Shown here one piece after another: positions 15,105 through 25,644 of a stretch of DNA of 30,882 nt. The position numbers and the translations under genes were made by a program. Under the pieces are notes generated by a model that worked only from the letters and a program-made list of their open reading frames with translations, did not search any database and was not told the DNA's origin. Each line of letters begins with the position of its first letter. The first letter of the stretch is position 1. Origin of the DNA: Caedimonas varicaedens (GTDB taxonomy: Bacteria > Pseudomonadota > Alphaproteobacteria > Caedimonadales > Caedimonadaceae); contig BBVC01000021.1 of NCBI GenBank assembly GCA_001192655.1, positions 1 through 30,882 of the forward strand. Reading direction: 5' to 3'.

Positions 15105-16295
15105 ATGTCGAAAGCGAAATTTGAGAGGAATAAGCCACATGTTAACATTGGAACGATTGGTCACGTTGACCATGGCAAGACGACGTTAACGGCAGCGATC
15201 ACGAAGGTATTGTCGGAGAGTGGTGGCGCGACGTTTACGGCGTATGACCAGATTGACAAGGCTCCTGAAGAGAAGGCTCGTGGTATTACGATTTCGACGG
15301 CTCACGTTGAGTACGAGACAGCGAATCGCCATTATGCTCACGTTGATTGTCCTGGTCACGCGGATTATGTGAAGAACATGATTACGGGAGCGGCTCAGAT
15401 GGATGGTGCGATTCTTGTTGTGAGCGCGGCGGATGGTCCGATGCCCCAGACACGGGAGCATATTTTGCTGGCGCGTCAGGTTAACGTCCCTGCGTTGGTT
15501 GTTTTTATGAACAAGGTTGACCAGGTTGATGATCCTGATCTTATTGAGTTGGTTGAATTGGAGATTCGTGAGCTTTTGAGTTCCTATCAATTTCCTGGAG
15601 ATTCTATTCCGATTGTGAAGGGTTCGGCATTGTGTGCGCTTGAAGGTCGCGATGACAAGATCGGGAAAGAAGCGATTTTGAATTTGATGAAGGCGGTAGA
15701 TGATTATATTCCTCAGCCTCAGCGAGACATTGACAAGCCGTTTTTGATGCCGATTGAGGATGTGTTTTCCATTTCGGGACGTGGCACGGTTGTTACGGGT
15801 CGTGTTGAGCGTGGGATTGTGAAGGTTGGTGAGGAAGTCGAGATTATCGGGATCAAGGACACGGTTAAGTCTGTTGTGACGGGCGTTGAGATGTTCCGGA
15901 AGCTTTTGGATCAGGGTCAGGCTGGCGATAACATCGGTGCTTTGTTGCGTGGTGTTGATCGAGAGAGTGTTGAGCGTGGTCAGGTTTTGGCGAAGCCGGG
16001 TTCGATTACGCCTCATACGAAGTTTGAGTGTGAGGTTGTTATCTTGACGAAGGAAGAGGGGGGTCGTCATACGCCGTTTTTCGCGAATTATCGTCCTCAA
16101 TTTTATTTTCGGACGACGGATGTGACAGGGACTGTTGAGCTTCCTTCGGGGACAGAGATGGTGATGCCTGGGGACAACGTGAAGTTAACGGTTGATTTGA
16201 TCAACCCGATCGCTATGGATGAGGGGTTACGGTTTGCTATTCGTGAAGGCGGTCGTACCGTCGGTGCAGGCGTCGTAACTAAAATATTGGCTTAG
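15105..16295 (+). CDS. tuf: Elongation factor Tu
   Basis: 396 aa. Motifs [18 protein letters not shown] and NKVD, with an alphaproteobacterial-looking sequence throughout. Confidence 0.98.
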   Translation: MSKAKFERNKPHVNIGTIGHVDHGKTTLTAAITKVLSESGGATFTAYDQIDKAPEEKARGITISTAHVEYETANRHYAHVDCPGHADYVKNMITGAAQMDGAILVVSAADGPMPQTREHILLARQVNVPALVVFMNKVDQVDDPDLIELVELEIRELLSSYQFPGDSIPIVKGSALCALEGRDDKIGKEAILNLMKAVDDYIPQPQRDIDKPFLMPIEDVFSISGRGTVVTGRVERGIVKVGEEVEIIGIKDTVKSVVTGVEMFRKLLDQGQAGDNIGALLRGVDRESVERGQVLAKPGSITPHTKFECEVVILTKEEGGRHTPFFANYRPQFYFRTTDVTGTVELPSGTEMVMPGDNVKLTVDLINPIAMDEGLRFAIREGGRTVGAGVVTKILA

Positions 16296-16310
16296 GTTAT
16301 TTAAAAAATG

Positions 16311-16345
16311 AAAAGAAGTGCTGCTTAGCAGCACTTCTTTTATAT
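16311..16345 (+). terminator. Putative intrinsic terminator after tuf
   Basis: Near-perfect hairpin AAAAGAAGTGCTGC (16311-16324), loop tta, GCAGCACTTCTTTT (16328-16341). The A-tract and T-tract arms give a bidirectional-type architecture. It sits 15 nt after the tuf stop and about 10 nt before rpsJ. Confidence 0.6.
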
Positions 16346-16355
16346 AGGTAGAGTA

Positions 16356-16664
16356 ATGGAAAATCAAAAAATTCGGATTCGATTGAAAGCTTTTGATCAT
16401 AGGATCCTTGATCAGTCGACGCGTGAAATTGTTAATACGGCAAAACGGACAGGCGCTCGTGTTTGTGGTCCTATTCCATTGCCAACCGATAGAGAAATTT
16501 ACACGGTGAACCGCTCACCTCATATTGATAAGAAATCTCGTGAGCAATTTGAAATTCGTACGCATAAGCGTGTTTTGGATATTCTTGATTGGTCTATTCC
16601 TACTGTTGATTCTTTGAAGAAGCTTGATTTGGCAGCAGGCGTTGACGTTAAGATCGAACTATAA
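16356..16664 (+). CDS. rpsJ: 30S ribosomal protein S10
   Basis: 102 aa with [17 protein letters not shown]...PIPLPT...[20 protein letters not shown]. Confidence 0.98.
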   Translation: MENQKIRIRLKAFDHRILDQSTREIVNTAKRTGARVCGPIPLPTDREIYTVNRSPHIDKKSREQFEIRTHKRVLDILDWSIPTVDSLKKLDLAAGVDVKIEL

Positions 16665-16675
16665 GGATGATGAAA

Positions 16676-17422
16676 ATGCGTATAGGTTTGATCGCTGAAA
16701 AGTTGGGTATGACACGTGTGTTGACTGAACAAGGAGAGCATGTTCCTGTAACTCTTTTCAAACTTGACCAGTGTCAGGTGACAGATGTGAAAACAAAAGA
16801 AAAACATGGTTATGCGGCGGTGCAAGTGGGTGTTGGACAGGCAAAGGTGAAGAATGTTTCCAAAGCATTGCGCGGGCATTACGCAAAGGCAAAAGTTGAG
16901 CCTAAGAAGCGAGTTGTGGAGTTTCGAGTAGGAGAAGAAGAGCTTCTTTCTCTTGGCGATCAGATTTCAGTTGAACATTTTATTCCTGGTCAGTATGTTG
17001 ACGTCACTGGTACGTCAAAGGGAAAAGGTTTTGCGGGTGTTATGAAACGTCATGGATTTGGAGGACTTCGTGCTTCTCATGGTGTATCTGTTTCGCATCG
17101 CAGTCATGGCTCTACAGGACAACGTCAGGATCCCGGTCGTGTGTTCAAAAATAAGAAAATGGCTGGACATTTGGGTGGTGAAAGAATCACAACGCAGAAT
17201 CTGAAGGTTTTTCTTACCGATCCTGAAAAAGGTATTATTGCTATTCGTGGTAATGTTCCAGGAGCAAAAGGTGGGTATGTTATGATTCGGGACGCAATTA
17301 AAAAAAAGCGTTCTGACAATATTCCCTACCCAGCTGCTGTGGTAAGCCAGAAAAAAAGCGTTCTTAATGAAAAAGAGACTCAAAAAACGGAAGGTAACGA
17401 TGCTTCCGAAACTCAAAACTAA
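16676..17422 (+). CDS. rplC: 50S ribosomal protein L3
   Basis: The homologous N-terminus [15 protein letters not shown] starts at ATG 16676, with AAGGA SD (16663-16667) 8 nt upstream. ATGs at 16667 and 16670 are too close to the SD. Carries a C-terminal Lys/Glu/Ser/Thr-rich tail. Confidence 0.95.
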   Translation: MRIGLIAEKLGMTRVLTEQGEHVPVTLFKLDQCQVTDVKTKEKHGYAAVQVGVGQAKVKNVSKALRGHYAKAKVEPKKRVVEFRVGEEELLSLGDQISVEHFIPGQYVDVTGTSKGKGFAGVMKRHGFGGLRASHGVSVSHRSHGSTGQRQDPGRVFKNKKMAGHLGGERITTQNLKVFLTDPEKGIIAIRGNVPGAKGGYVMIRDAIKKKRSDNIPYPAAVVSQKKSVLNEKETQKTEGNDASETQN

Positions 17423-17455
17423 GTCAGAAGTACTGGGTGCAGAAAGAGTTGAACA

Positions 17456-18076
17456 ATGAAATGTGAAGTTAAAAATTTAGAAGATAAGAAGGTTGGCGAT
17501 ATCGAATTATCTACAGAAGTTTTCGGTCTGCCTAACCGTACTGATATCCTTGCGCGTATGGTGAATTGGCAATTGGTCAAGCGTCGCGCAGGAACGCATC
17601 AAACGCGCGGAATTAGTATGATTAGCGGAACAACGCGTAAGCCTTGGAAACAAAAAGGAACAGGAAGGGCGCGTCAGGGTAGTTTGCGTTCTCCTCAATT
17701 CCGTGGAGGAGCGGTTATATTTGGTCCTGTGGTGAGAGATCACGGAATGGGATTACAAAAGAAAGTGCGTAAACTTGCCTTAAAGACAGCTCTTTCAGGA
17801 AAATTAGCCGAAGGCAGGTTGATCATTGTTGAGTCTCTTACATCTAAAGAGCTAAAAACAAAATTCATTTTAACGAAGCTCGAAAAAATGGGGCTTAAAA
17901 ATGCTTTATTTATTGATGGAACTCAAGTAGATACTAATTTTGCACTAGCGGTACGAAATCTACCTCATATTGATGTATTGCCTCAACAAGGTATTAATGT
18001 GTATGACATCTTGAGAAGAGATACTCTGGTGCTAACAAAGGCTGCTATTGAGAGCCTGGAGAAAAGACTAAAATGA
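17456..18076 (+). CDS. rplD: 50S ribosomal protein L4
   Basis: 206 aa with TRGISMISGTTRKPWKQKGTGRARQGSLRSPQFRGGAVIFGP. Confidence 0.97.
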   Translation: MKCEVKNLEDKKVGDIELSTEVFGLPNRTDILARMVNWQLVKRRAGTHQTRGISMISGTTRKPWKQKGTGRARQGSLRSPQFRGGAVIFGPVVRDHGMGLQKKVRKLALKTALSGKLAEGRLIIVESLTSKELKTKFILTKLEKMGLKNALFIDGTQVDTNFALAVRNLPHIDVLPQQGINVYDILRRDTLVLTKAAIESLEKRLK

Positions 18077-18408
18077 ATAAAAAAGTCGAGAAAAAAATTG
18101 AAAAAAGGCCTGTTATCGGGATGGAAAGAGCGCTAACTATTCTTCGTTCTCCTTTAGTAACAGAAAAATCAACCACTGCTTCGCAATATGGGCAATATGG
18201 TTTTATCACTGAATTAAATGCGACTAAAACTGAGATTAAAAGCGCTGTAGAGCAGATTTTTAAAGTACAAGTTGAGTCTGTTAATACTTTGGTTCAAAAA
18301 GGTAAAATAAAAAAGTTTCGTGGCCGCGAAGGGCGTAGAAATGATATCAAAAAAGCGTATGTTCGTCTGGTAAAAGGACATACGCTGGATGTAGGGGCGG
18401 GAGTATAA
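18073..18408 (+). CDS. rplW: 50S ribosomal protein L23
   Basis: Contains [11 protein letters not shown]. The ATG at 18073 overlaps the rplD stop (ATGA) and has GGAGAA 9 nt upstream. An alternative start at ATG 18121 would give a more typical 95-aa L23. Confidence 0.93.
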   Translation: MNKKVEKKIEKRPVIGMERALTILRSPLVTEKSTTASQYGQYGFITELNATKTEIKSAVEQIFKVQVESVNTLVQKGKIKKFRGREGRRNDIKKAYVRLVKGHTLDVGAGV

Positions 18409-18409
18409 T

Positions 18410-19237
18410 ATGGCATTAAAGTATTTTAACCCTACAACTCCTGGTCAGCGTCAGCTTATTCTGGTTGATCGCAGTGATTTGTGGAAAGGTAAGCCTGAAA
18501 AAAGCCTTACAGAAGGTAAGCTTCGTTCAGGAGGACGTAACAATTTAGGGCGGATTACCTCTTTCCAGCGTGGCGGAGGACATAAACAACGGTATCGTTT
18601 AATTGATTTCAAGCGCAGCAAAGATAACATGATTGCGACAATAGAGCGTCTTGAGTATGATCCTAATCGTACGGCATTTATCGCGTTGATTCAATATGAA
18701 GATGGGCAAAAATCCTATATCTTGGCACCCCAGCGCTTGTCTGTTGGTGATAAAATTGTTTCCGGAGCCAAGATTGATATTAAAACGGGAAATGCTCTTC
18801 CTTTAAAAGATATTCCTATTGGAACGATTATTCATAATGTAGAGATGAAGCCAGGAAAAGGTGGGCAACTTGCGCGGTCAGCGGGTGCTTATGTGCAAAT
18901 TATAGGACGTGAAGGTGCCTATATTCAGCTACGTTTGTCTTCTGGCGAGCTTCGCATTATTTCAGGAGAGTGTCGGGCAACAATTGGAGCTGTTTCGAAT
19001 CAAGATCAAAAAAATATTTCTATTGGTAAGGCAGGTCGTTCTCGTTGGTTAGGTCGCCGTCCTGTCGTACGTGGTGTTGCGATGAATCCTGTTGATCATC
19101 CTCACGGAGGTGGTGAAGGACGAACATCAGGCGGTCGTCATCCGGTAACGCCATGGGGTAAGCCTACAAAAGGTAAGAAAACTCGCGTTAAAAAGCCGAG
19201 TGATAAAATGATTATCCGTCGGCGGAATAAGAAGTAA
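18410..19237 (+). CDS. rplB: 50S ribosomal protein L2
   Basis: 275 aa with [22 protein letters not shown] and [26 protein letters not shown]. Confidence 0.98.
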   Translation: MALKYFNPTTPGQRQLILVDRSDLWKGKPEKSLTEGKLRSGGRNNLGRITSFQRGGGHKQRYRLIDFKRSKDNMIATIERLEYDPNRTAFIALIQYEDGQKSYILAPQRLSVGDKIVSGAKIDIKTGNALPLKDIPIGTIIHNVEMKPGKGGQLARSAGAYVQIIGREGAYIQLRLSSGELRIISGECRATIGAVSNQDQKNISIGKAGRSRWLGRRPVVRGVAMNPVDHPHGGGEGRTSGGRHPVTPWGKPTKGKKTRVKKPSDKMIIRRRNKK

Positions 19238-19248
19238 GGAGATAGGTT

Positions 19249-19527
19249 GTGGCACGTTCAATATGGAAAGGGCCATTTGTTGATGGGTATCTGCTTAAAA
19301 AAGCAGATGTGTTACGTGACAGTGGACGAAAAGAAATTATTAAAACCTGGTCACGCAGGTCTACGATCCTTCCTCAATTTGTAGGCTTGACATTTGGGGT
19401 ACATAATGGTCAAAAGTTCATACCAGTTTATGTAACAGAAGAAATGATTGGGCATAAGTTTGGCGAATTTTCAGTGACTCGTACGTTTCATGGTCATGCG
19501 GGCGATAAAAAAGCCAAAAGAGGTTAA
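19249..19527 (+). CDS. rpsS: 30S ribosomal protein S19
   Basis: 92 aa with [12 protein letters not shown]...[27 protein letters not shown] start with AAGGAG SD 8 nt upstream. Confidence 0.97.
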   Translation: MARSIWKGPFVDGYLLKKADVLRDSGRKEIIKTWSRRSTILPQFVGLTFGVHNGQKFIPVYVTEEMIGHKFGEFSVTRTFHGHAGDKKAKRG

Positions 19528-19529
19528 AG

Positions 19530-19910
19530 ATGTCAAAAAAATCTAATCCACGACGACTCTCTGAAAATGAAGCAAATGCTTCACTCAAAAGTTTGAGAAT
19601 TAGTGCGCAGAAGTTGAATTTAATCGCGCATATGATTCGAGGTAAAAAAGTTGAGCAAGCGCTTAGAGATTTAATGTTGTGTCGTAAACGTGCTGCAAAA
19701 GATGTGCAAAAGCTCTTATTATCGGCTGTTGCGAATGCTGAAACAAATCATGGGCTTGACATTGATGCTTTGATCGTTCATGAAGCTTACGTAGGGAAAA
19801 ATATTACTATGAAAAGATTTATGGCAAGAGCGCGAGGGCGTGGTACACGTATCCTGAAACCGTTCAGCCGGATCAATATTATTGTTGGTACAAGTGAAGG
19901 TGCTGTGTAA
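19530..19910 (+). CDS. rplV: 50S ribosomal protein L22
   Basis: 126 aa with [23 protein letters not shown] and [22 protein letters not shown]. Confidence 0.97.
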   Translation: MSKKSNPRRLSENEANASLKSLRISAQKLNLIAHMIRGKKVEQALRDLMLCRKRAAKDVQKLLLSAVANAETNHGLDIDALIVHEAYVGKNITMKRFMARARGRGTRILKPFSRINIIVGTSEGAV

Positions 19911-20608
19911 TGGGACAAAAAGTTAAACCCATCGGTTTGCGGTTAGGAATTAACAGGACTTGGGACTCCAGATGGTTTTCTGATAAAAACTATGGTGATC
20001 TTCTGATTGAGGATATAAAGATTCGCAAATACTTGTTTGATCGTCTTCCACAAGCGGGGATTTCAAAAATTATTATAGAGCGTCGTGCAAAAAAAACGGT
20101 TGTCACTATTCATGCTTCTCGTCCTGGAGTTGTGATTGGAAAAAAAGGAACTGACATAGAAAAACTTCGTTCCGATTTAGCAAAACAAGCTGATGGTGAA
20201 ATTAGTCTCAATATTATAGAGATTCGCAAGCCTGAACTTGATGCCAAATTAGTTGCAGAAGGAATCGCGCAGCAGATCGAGCGTCGTGTCAGTTATCGTC
20301 GTGCCATGAAACGTGCAATGCAAAATACGTTCAGATTGGGTGCGCAGGGGATGCGCGTTGTTGTGTCTGGTCGGCTTGCTGGTGCTGAGATTGCCCGTGT
20401 TGAACAATACCGAGAGGGAAGGGTTCCTTTACATACATTGCGGGCTGATATCGATTATGGAGTAGGTACTGCGAAGACTACATATGGGACATGTGGTGTA
20501 AAGGTTTGGATTTTTCGAGGTGAAATTCTTGAGCACAATCCGATGGCTCAGGATCGACATTTAGGTCACGTATCTCAACAAAATCGTCCGCAACAAGTGC
20601 AAGGATAA
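19910..20608 (+). CDS. rpsC: 30S ribosomal protein S3
   Basis: 232 aa with [23 protein letters not shown] and KH-domain [19 protein letters not shown] overlap with rplV. Confidence 0.98.
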   Translation: MGQKVKPIGLRLGINRTWDSRWFSDKNYGDLLIEDIKIRKYLFDRLPQAGISKIIIERRAKKTVVTIHASRPGVVIGKKGTDIEKLRSDLAKQADGEISLNIIEIRKPELDAKLVAEGIAQQIERRVSYRRAMKRAMQNTFRLGAQGMRVVVSGRLAGAEIARVEQYREGRVPLHTLRADIDYGVGTAKTTYGTCGVKVWIFRGEILEHNPMAQDRHLGHVSQQNRPQQVQG

Positions 20609-20612
20609 GATA

Positions 20613-21032
20613 ATGTTAGCGCCGAAAAGAACAAAATTTCGTAAAGCTTTTAAGGGTAGAATACATGGGAATGCCAAAGGTGGGGTAGCTCTCAATTTTG
20701 GTGCTTACGGACTTAAGGCTATTGAACCTGCTCGTGTTACAGCGCGTCAAATTGAAGCAGCTCGTCGAGCGATTACTCGACATATTCGTCGAGAGGGGCG
20801 TGTCTGGATCCGTATTTTTCCTGATGTGCCTGTGTCAGTTAAGCCTGCTGAGGTGCGTATGGGGAGCGGTAAAGGGTCTCCTGAATATTGGGTATGTCGA
20901 GTAAAGCCTGGTCGTATCATGTTTGAGCTTGACGGAGTACCACAATATCTGGCAAAAGAAGCTTTTGGTTTGGCTGCGGCAAAGTTGCCAAATAAAGTGT
21001 GTTTTGTCGAACGACTGGGTTCGGGAGGTTAA
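20613..21032 (+). CDS. rplP: 50S ribosomal protein L16
   Basis: 139 aa with [19 protein letters not shown] and [12 protein letters not shown]. Confidence 0.98.
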   Translation: MLAPKRTKFRKAFKGRIHGNAKGGVALNFGAYGLKAIEPARVTARQIEAARRAITRHIRREGRVWIRIFPDVPVSVKPAEVRMGSGKGSPEYWVCRVKPGRIMFELDGVPQYLAKEAFGLAAAKLPNKVCFVERLGSGG

Positions 21033-21037
21033 AGATT

Positions 21038-21238
21038 ATGAAAGCGGATGAACTTCGAACTAAAACCGAGAGTGAGATTAAAGATCTTATTATTCAGTTG
21101 CGGCGCGAGCTTATGAATCTTCGATTCCAACGTTCAACAAATCAATTGACGTCGGTTGCGCGCTTTCGTCAGGCTCGGAGAGATATTGCTCGTCTAAAGA
21201 CAATTTTTCGCCAAAAAAAGCAACAAATGTATTCCTGA
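21038..21238 (+). CDS. rpmC: 50S ribosomal protein L29
   Basis: The homologous start [17 protein letters not shown]...LRFQ is at ATG 21038, with GGGAGG SD at 21022-21027. The ORF-track start at 20999 lies inside rplP. 66 aa. Confidence 0.94.
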   Translation: MKADELRTKTESEIKDLIIQLRRELMNLRFQRSTNQLTSVARFRQARRDIARLKTIFRQKKQQMYS

Positions 21239-21249
21239 GGAGAGATGAG

Positions 21250-21486
21250 ATGCCAAAGCGTGTTCTACAAGGGGTAGTAACGAGTAATGCTTGCGATAAG
21301 ACCGTTACGGTGAAAGTGCAGCGTCGTCTTCGTCATCCTTTGTATAAAAAGTTTATTACGCGTTCAAAGAAATATGCAGCTCATGATGCATTAAACGAGT
21401 GTCAGATAGGCCAAGAAGTTTGGATTCGTGAATGTGCCCCGCTTTCAAAGCGGAAATGTTGGGAAGTATTTCAAGAGCCGGTTTAA
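21250..21486 (+). CDS. rpsQ: 30S ribosomal protein S17
   Basis: 78 aa with [51 protein letters not shown] upstream. Confidence 0.97.
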   Translation: MPKRVLQGVVTSNACDKTVTVKVQRRLRHPLYKKFITRSKKYAAHDALNECQIGQEVWIRECAPLSKRKCWEVFQEPV

Positions 21487-21511
21487 TTTTGCGTAGTTAT
21501 AGAGTAAAAAA

Positions 21512-21880
21512 ATGATTAGAGAACAAACGAATTTAAATGTTGCAGATAATTCTGGAGCGCGGCGTGTGCAGTGTATCCGTGTGCTCGGTGGAAGTAAGCG
21601 TCGTACAGCTTCTGTAGGGGATATTATCGTTGTGGCGGTGAAAGATGCAATTCCTGATCGTCGTGTCAAAAAAGGCGAAGTTCATAAGGCTGTGATTGTT
21701 CGTACAGCCAAGGAAGTGCGTCGTGTAGATGGCAGTTCAATTCGATTTGACCGCAACGCCGCAGTGTTGATAAACAATAATAATGAACCCATTGGAACCC
21801 GCATTTTTGGTCCAGTGACGCGTGAGCTACGTGCGCGCCAATTTATGAAAATTATTTCTCTTGCTCCTGAGGTGTTGTGA
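21512..21880 (+). CDS. rplN: 50S ribosomal protein L14
   Basis: 122 aa with [31 protein letters not shown]. Confidence 0.98.
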   Translation: MIREQTNLNVADNSGARRVQCIRVLGGSKRRTASVGDIIVVAVKDAIPDRRVKKGEVHKAVIVRTAKEVRRVDGSSIRFDRNAAVLINNNNEPIGTRIFGPVTRELRARQFMKIISLAPEVL

Positions 21881-22203
21881 TGTTGGAAACATGGCGTATT
21901 CGAAAAGGTGACCGCGTTGTTGTTACCACGGGCAAAGATAAAGGCAAAATCGGAGAAATAGCCGAAGTTTTGCGTAAAAATGACAAAATTGTTGTTAAGG
22001 GAGTCAATTTTTTGACAAAACATCAACGTCCCACAGCAACTCATGGTGGCGGTCTTATACGTAAGGAAGCGCCTATTCATGTTTCGAATGTTATGATAGC
22101 TGATCCTAAAGACGATAAACCAACTCGACTTGGGATGAAAATGATGGAAGATGGCCGAAAGGTTCGTTACGCCAAACGTTCTGGCGAGATTATTGATAAG
22201 TAA
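21880..22203 (+). CDS. rplX: 50S ribosomal protein L24
   Basis: KOW motif IRKGDRVVVTTGKDKGKIGEI. The ATG at 21880 overlaps the rplN stop (TGATG). GTG at 21877 (the ORF-track start) is an alternative. Confidence 0.94.
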   Translation: MLETWRIRKGDRVVVTTGKDKGKIGEIAEVLRKNDKIVVKGVNFLTKHQRPTATHGGGLIRKEAPIHVSNVMIADPKDDKPTRLGMKMMEDGRKVRYAKRSGEIIDK

Positions 22204-22215
22204 AGGTTGTATGCA

Positions 22216-22755
22216 ATGGCACGTTTGCGCGATCACTATGAAAAGCAGGTTAAGTCAGTCCTTGAGAAGGAGTTTTCGTATGAAAACCCCATGATGGTGC
22301 CTCGACTCGATAAAATTGTCGTGAACATGGGTGTAGGAGAAGCCGCTCATGATCGTAAAAAAATTGAAATTGCATTTAATGAGCTGATGGCGATTACAGG
22401 GCAAAAGCCGGTCATCACGAAAGCAAAGAAATCGATTGCCAGTTTTAAGCTTCGTGAGGGTGCAAGTGTTGGTGTAAAGGTTACTTTACGCAAAACAAGG
22501 ATGTATGAATTTCTGGATCGGCTTGTTAACATTGCAATGCCCCGAATTCGAGACTTTCATGGTGTTTCCACGAAAAGTCTGGATGGACATGGTAATTTTG
22601 CTGTCGGTATTAAAGAGCATATTATTTTTCCTGAAATTGATTATGATAAAGTTGATAAAATTCGTGGGATGGATATTGTGATCGTCACGACAGCAAAAAC
22701 GGATGTAGAAGCGCGTGCTTTACTTAAAAATTTTAATATCCCTTTTATGAATTAA
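22216..22755 (+). CDS. rplE: 50S ribosomal protein L5
   Basis: The homologous N-terminus [12 protein letters not shown] starts at ATG 22216. The ORF-track start at 22207 is a TTG three codons upstream. Contains [23 protein letters not shown]. Confidence 0.95.
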   Translation: MARLRDHYEKQVKSVLEKEFSYENPMMVPRLDKIVVNMGVGEAAHDRKKIEIAFNELMAITGQKPVITKAKKSIASFKLREGASVGVKVTLRKTRMYEFLDRLVNIAMPRIRDFHGVSTKSLDGHGNFAVGIKEHIIFPEIDYDKVDKIRGMDIVIVTTAKTDVEARALLKNFNIPFMN

Positions 22756-22769
22756 GGGCGGAATAAAAA

Positions 22770-23075
22770 ATGGCAAAATTAAGTTCGATTGAGAAAAATA
22801 ACAGGCGTCGAAAGATGGCTGATAAATATACATTACGTCGGCAGGCGTTAAAAAGTATTACGCATGATAAAACAGTTTCGGCTGAAGAAAGATTTGCAGC
22901 AACCTTGAAAAGTGCGGAACTGCCGCGTAATAGCTCTAGAGTTCGTGTTCGTAATCGGTGTGAAATTTCAGGACGTCCTCGTGCTTATTATCGTAAATTT
23001 AAAATGTCTCGTATTGCATTGCGTGAATTTGCCTCAGAAGGTTTAATCCCAGGCATGACTAAAGCGAGCTGGTGA
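22770..23075 (+). CDS. rpsN: 30S ribosomal protein S14 (long form lacking the CxxC zinc motif)
   Basis: 101 aa with [26 protein letters not shown]...W at the C-terminus and no CxxC pairs. Confidence 0.97.
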   Translation: MAKLSSIEKNNRRRKMADKYTLRRQALKSITHDKTVSAEERFAATLKSAELPRNSSRVRVRNRCEISGRPRAYYRKFKMSRIALREFASEGLIPGMTKASW

Positions 23076-23085
23076 GGAGTTTGAA

Positions 23086-23484
23086 ATGAGTTTTACAGAT
23101 CCTATTGGAGATTTAATAACCCGCATTCGGAATGCTCAAATGCTGGGGCGAAAAATAGTGAAGACCCCTTCGTCAAAAATGAGAAGCGCCGTCCTTGAGG
23201 TGTTGAAACGAGAGGGATATATCAAAAGCTATGAAACAAAAGAAATAAATTCTAGCATGCGTGAAACTGAAATTGAACTTAAGTACATGGATGGTGTGCC
23301 GGTTATTTCAGAAATTTCTCGGGTATCAAAGCCTGGTCGTCGTGTGTACGAGCAGATTGAAAAGTTGGCAAAAGTACGCAATGGATTGGGGATTTCGATT
23401 CTTTCCACTTCTCATGGAGTTCTTTCTGACCATGAGGCTCGTCAAAAAAATGTTGGCGGTGAAGTTTTAATTAAAGTATTTTAA
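23086..23484 (+). CDS. rpsH: 30S ribosomal protein S8
   Basis: 132 aa with [14 protein letters not shown] and [17 protein letters not shown] upstream. Confidence 0.98.
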   Translation: MSFTDPIGDLITRIRNAQMLGRKIVKTPSSKMRSAVLEVLKREGYIKSYETKEINSSMRETEIELKYMDGVPVISEISRVSKPGRRVYEQIEKLAKVRNGLGISILSTSHGVLSDHEARQKNVGGEVLIKVF

Positions 23485-23494
23485 GGACTTAGAA

Positions 23495-24028
23495 ATGTCA
23501 CGTGTTGGTAAAAATCCTGTTGTTATTCCCCAGGGTGTAGAGTGTCATCTTAGTGGGTTGACTTTAAGTGCCAAGGGCAAAAATGGAGCGCTTTCTATGT
23601 CAATTTCTTCTGATGTAATTGTTTCCATTGCAGAGGGTGAAATTTCTGTGAAACCATCTTCACAAAGCAAGCAATCACGAATGATGTGGGGAACAACTCG
23701 TCGTTTGGTCAGTAATCTTGTTCATGGAGTAAGTATGGGCTTTACAAAACGTCTGGAGATTAATGGCGTAGGTTATCGAGCTTCTGTTCAGGGAAAAACA
23801 CTACAGCTTCAACTTGGGTTTAGTCATGATATTCTCTATCCTATTCCCTCAGATATTCAAATTGTTGCTGAAAAGCCAACATCTTTGACGATTTCAGGTG
23901 CTAGCCGTCAGCGAGTAGGACAGATTGCTGCTGAAATTCGAAACTATCGTGGGCCTGAGCCTTACAAAGGAAAAGGCGTAAAGTACGAAAATGAGTTCAT
24001 TCTTCGTAAGGAAGGTAAAAAGAAGTAA
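23495..24028 (+). CDS. rplF: 50S ribosomal protein L6
   Basis: 177 aa with [15 protein letters not shown] and [17 protein letters not shown]. Confidence 0.98.
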   Translation: MSRVGKNPVVIPQGVECHLSGLTLSAKGKNGALSMSISSDVIVSIAEGEISVKPSSQSKQSRMMWGTTRRLVSNLVHGVSMGFTKRLEINGVGYRASVQGKTLQLQLGFSHDILYPIPSDIQIVAEKPTSLTISGASRQRVGQIAAEIRNYRGPEPYKGKGVKYENEFILRKEGKKK

Positions 24029-24033
24029 AAGCT

Positions 24034-24396
24034 ATGATTTCGGTAAAAGATAAATTTAAACGACGTCAATTTCGTGTGCGATCACGTATTGTTCGAAATG
24101 CAACTGGAAGGCTACGACTTTGTGTTTTCCGGTCTAATACACATATGTATGCACAAGTAGTTGATGATACTAAACGTGCCACAATTATTTCTGCCTCTAC
24201 TTTGGATAAAGATCTTAAGGGAAAAGTGGAAAAATCAAGTGATATCAAAGCTGCTGAAGCGGTGGGTAAATTGATTGCTGAGCGTGCAGTAAAAAAAGGT
24301 ATTAAGGAAGTAGTATTTGATCGTGGGGGCTATTTGTACCATGGGCGAGTAAAGGCATTGGCAGAAGCTGCGCGAGTGGGCGGTTTGTCATTTTAA
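24034..24396 (+). CDS. rplR: 50S ribosomal protein L18
   Basis: 120 aa with [18 protein letters not shown] and [26 protein letters not shown]. Confidence 0.97.
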   Translation: MISVKDKFKRRQFRVRSRIVRNATGRLRLCVFRSNTHMYAQVVDDTKRATIISASTLDKDLKGKVEKSSDIKAAEAVGKLIAERAVKKGIKEVVFDRGGYLYHGRVKALAEAARVGGLSF

Positions 24397-24404
24397 GGAA
24401 GTAA

Positions 24405-24956
24405 ATGATGGCACGTAATACAGTAAATGAAAAAGAATCCGAATTGATGGAAAAACTCGTCACCGTGAATCGCGTGGCAAAAGTAGTTAAAGGAGGACGT
24501 CGCTTTGGATTTTCAGCTCTTGTTGTTGTTGGGGATGGAAAAGGGCGTGTAGGGTATGGGACAGGAAAAGCTCGTGAAGTTCCAGATGCTGTGCGTAAAG
24601 CAACAGATCAGGCTAAACGAAGTCTTATACGTATCCCCTTGCGAGAAGGACGTACATTACATCATGACGTTACAATGCGTCTTAGTGCCGGCAAGGTGGT
24701 CTTGCGTGCAGCTCCTCCTGGGACGGGGATTATTGCTGGTGGACCTATGCGTGCGGTTTTTGAGGTGTTAGGTATTCATGATGTTGTCAGTAAATCATTA
24801 GGTACAAGTAATCCGCAAAATATGGTTCGTGCAACAATTGAGGCTTTGCGTGCTGTTATGAGTCCGCGTCAGATTGCGCATAAGCGTGGTAAAAAGGTTG
24901 GTGAGATTGTTGCTCATAGAGATGGCGATACATTAAGTGAGAAAACCTATGACTAA
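24405..24956 (+). CDS. rpsE: 30S ribosomal protein S5
   Basis: 183 aa with [36 protein letters not shown]. The ATG at 24408 is an alternative start. Confidence 0.97.
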   Translation: MMARNTVNEKESELMEKLVTVNRVAKVVKGGRRFGFSALVVVGDGKGRVGYGTGKAREVPDAVRKATDQAKRSLIRIPLREGRTLHHDVTMRLSAGKVVLRAAPPGTGIIAGGPMRAVFEVLGIHDVVSKSLGTSNPQNMVRATIEALRAVMSPRQIAHKRGKKVGEIVAHRDGDTLSEKTYD

Positions 24957-25143
24957 AGCGCGAAAAATGTTAAAAGTAACACAAGTGGCAAGTGCTATTC
25001 GCAGACCCCAAGATCAGGCAGAAACCCTTAAGGGATTGGGCTTGAGAAAACTTCATCAAGCACGTTTATTGGAAGATACTCCGTCAGTGCGTGGCATGAT
25101 TGAAAAAGTAAAACATTTGGTAGTTTGTGAAATAGCAGAATAA
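24949..25143 (+). CDS. rpmD: 50S ribosomal protein L30
   Basis: The L30 core [26 protein letters not shown] fits a start at ATG 24949 (64 aa), which overlaps the rpsE stop by 8 nt. The ORF-track start at 24937 is a GTG four codons upstream. Confidence 0.92.
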   Translation: MTKARKMLKVTQVASAIRRPQDQAETLKGLGLRKLHQARLLEDTPSVRGMIEKVKHLVVCEIAE

Positions 25144-25167
25144 CTACTGTAAATATTGGTAAAGAAG

Positions 25168-25635
25168 ATGAAATTAAATCAATTAAGAGATAATCCTGGT
25201 GCTCGTCATAGTAAAAAGCGTGTTGGGCGTGGAATAGGGTCAGGATTGGGTAAAACATCTGGCAGTGGTCAAAAAGGTCAAAAAGCCCGCACTGGAGTAT
25301 CCTTGAATGGCTTTGAGGGAGGGCAAAATCCCTTATATCGACGTTTACCAAAACGTGGTTTCAAGAATATCTTTCGTCAGGAATTTTCTGAATTAACGCT
25401 TGTTCGTCTTCAAAGAGCTATCGATAGCGGTCGACTTGATATTCAGAAAACACTTACTGAAGAAGTTTTAGCGGAAGCAGGTCTGGTTCAAAAAAACACA
25501 GTAGGTGTGAAATTACTTGGCAATGAAGGGCTAACGTGTGCGGTGACGCTTGAAATTTCAAAAGCATCAAAAGCAGCTTCTGAAGTTATAAATAAACTTA
25601 AAGGTAAATTGACTCTCCTACATCAAGAATCATAA
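25168..25635 (+). CDS. rplO: 50S ribosomal protein L15
   Basis: The homologous start [30 protein letters not shown] is at ATG 25168. The ORF-track start at 25156 is a TTG four codons upstream. Confidence 0.94.
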   Translation: MKLNQLRDNPGARHSKKRVGRGIGSGLGKTSGSGQKGQKARTGVSLNGFEGGQNPLYRRLPKRGFKNIFRQEFSELTLVRLQRAIDSGRLDIQKTLTEEVLAEAGLVQKNTVGVKLLGNEGLTCAVTLEISKASKAASEVINKLKGKLTLLHQES

Positions 25636-25644
25636 GGGGCAACA

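Noticed and set aside
15186-16100. 304-aa ORF on the minus strand, antisense to tuf
   Set aside because: It lies entirely inside the unambiguous EF-Tu gene. Its low-complexity N/R/T/L-rich translation is the mirror of tuf's G/T-ending codon bias, which removes stop codons from the antisense frame. It has no SD and no recognisable domain.
21682-22236. 184-aa minus-strand ORF spanning rplN, rplX and the start of rplE
   Set aside because: It is antisense to three conserved, tightly coupled ribosomal protein genes. It has no recognisable motifs and is a typical shadow ORF.
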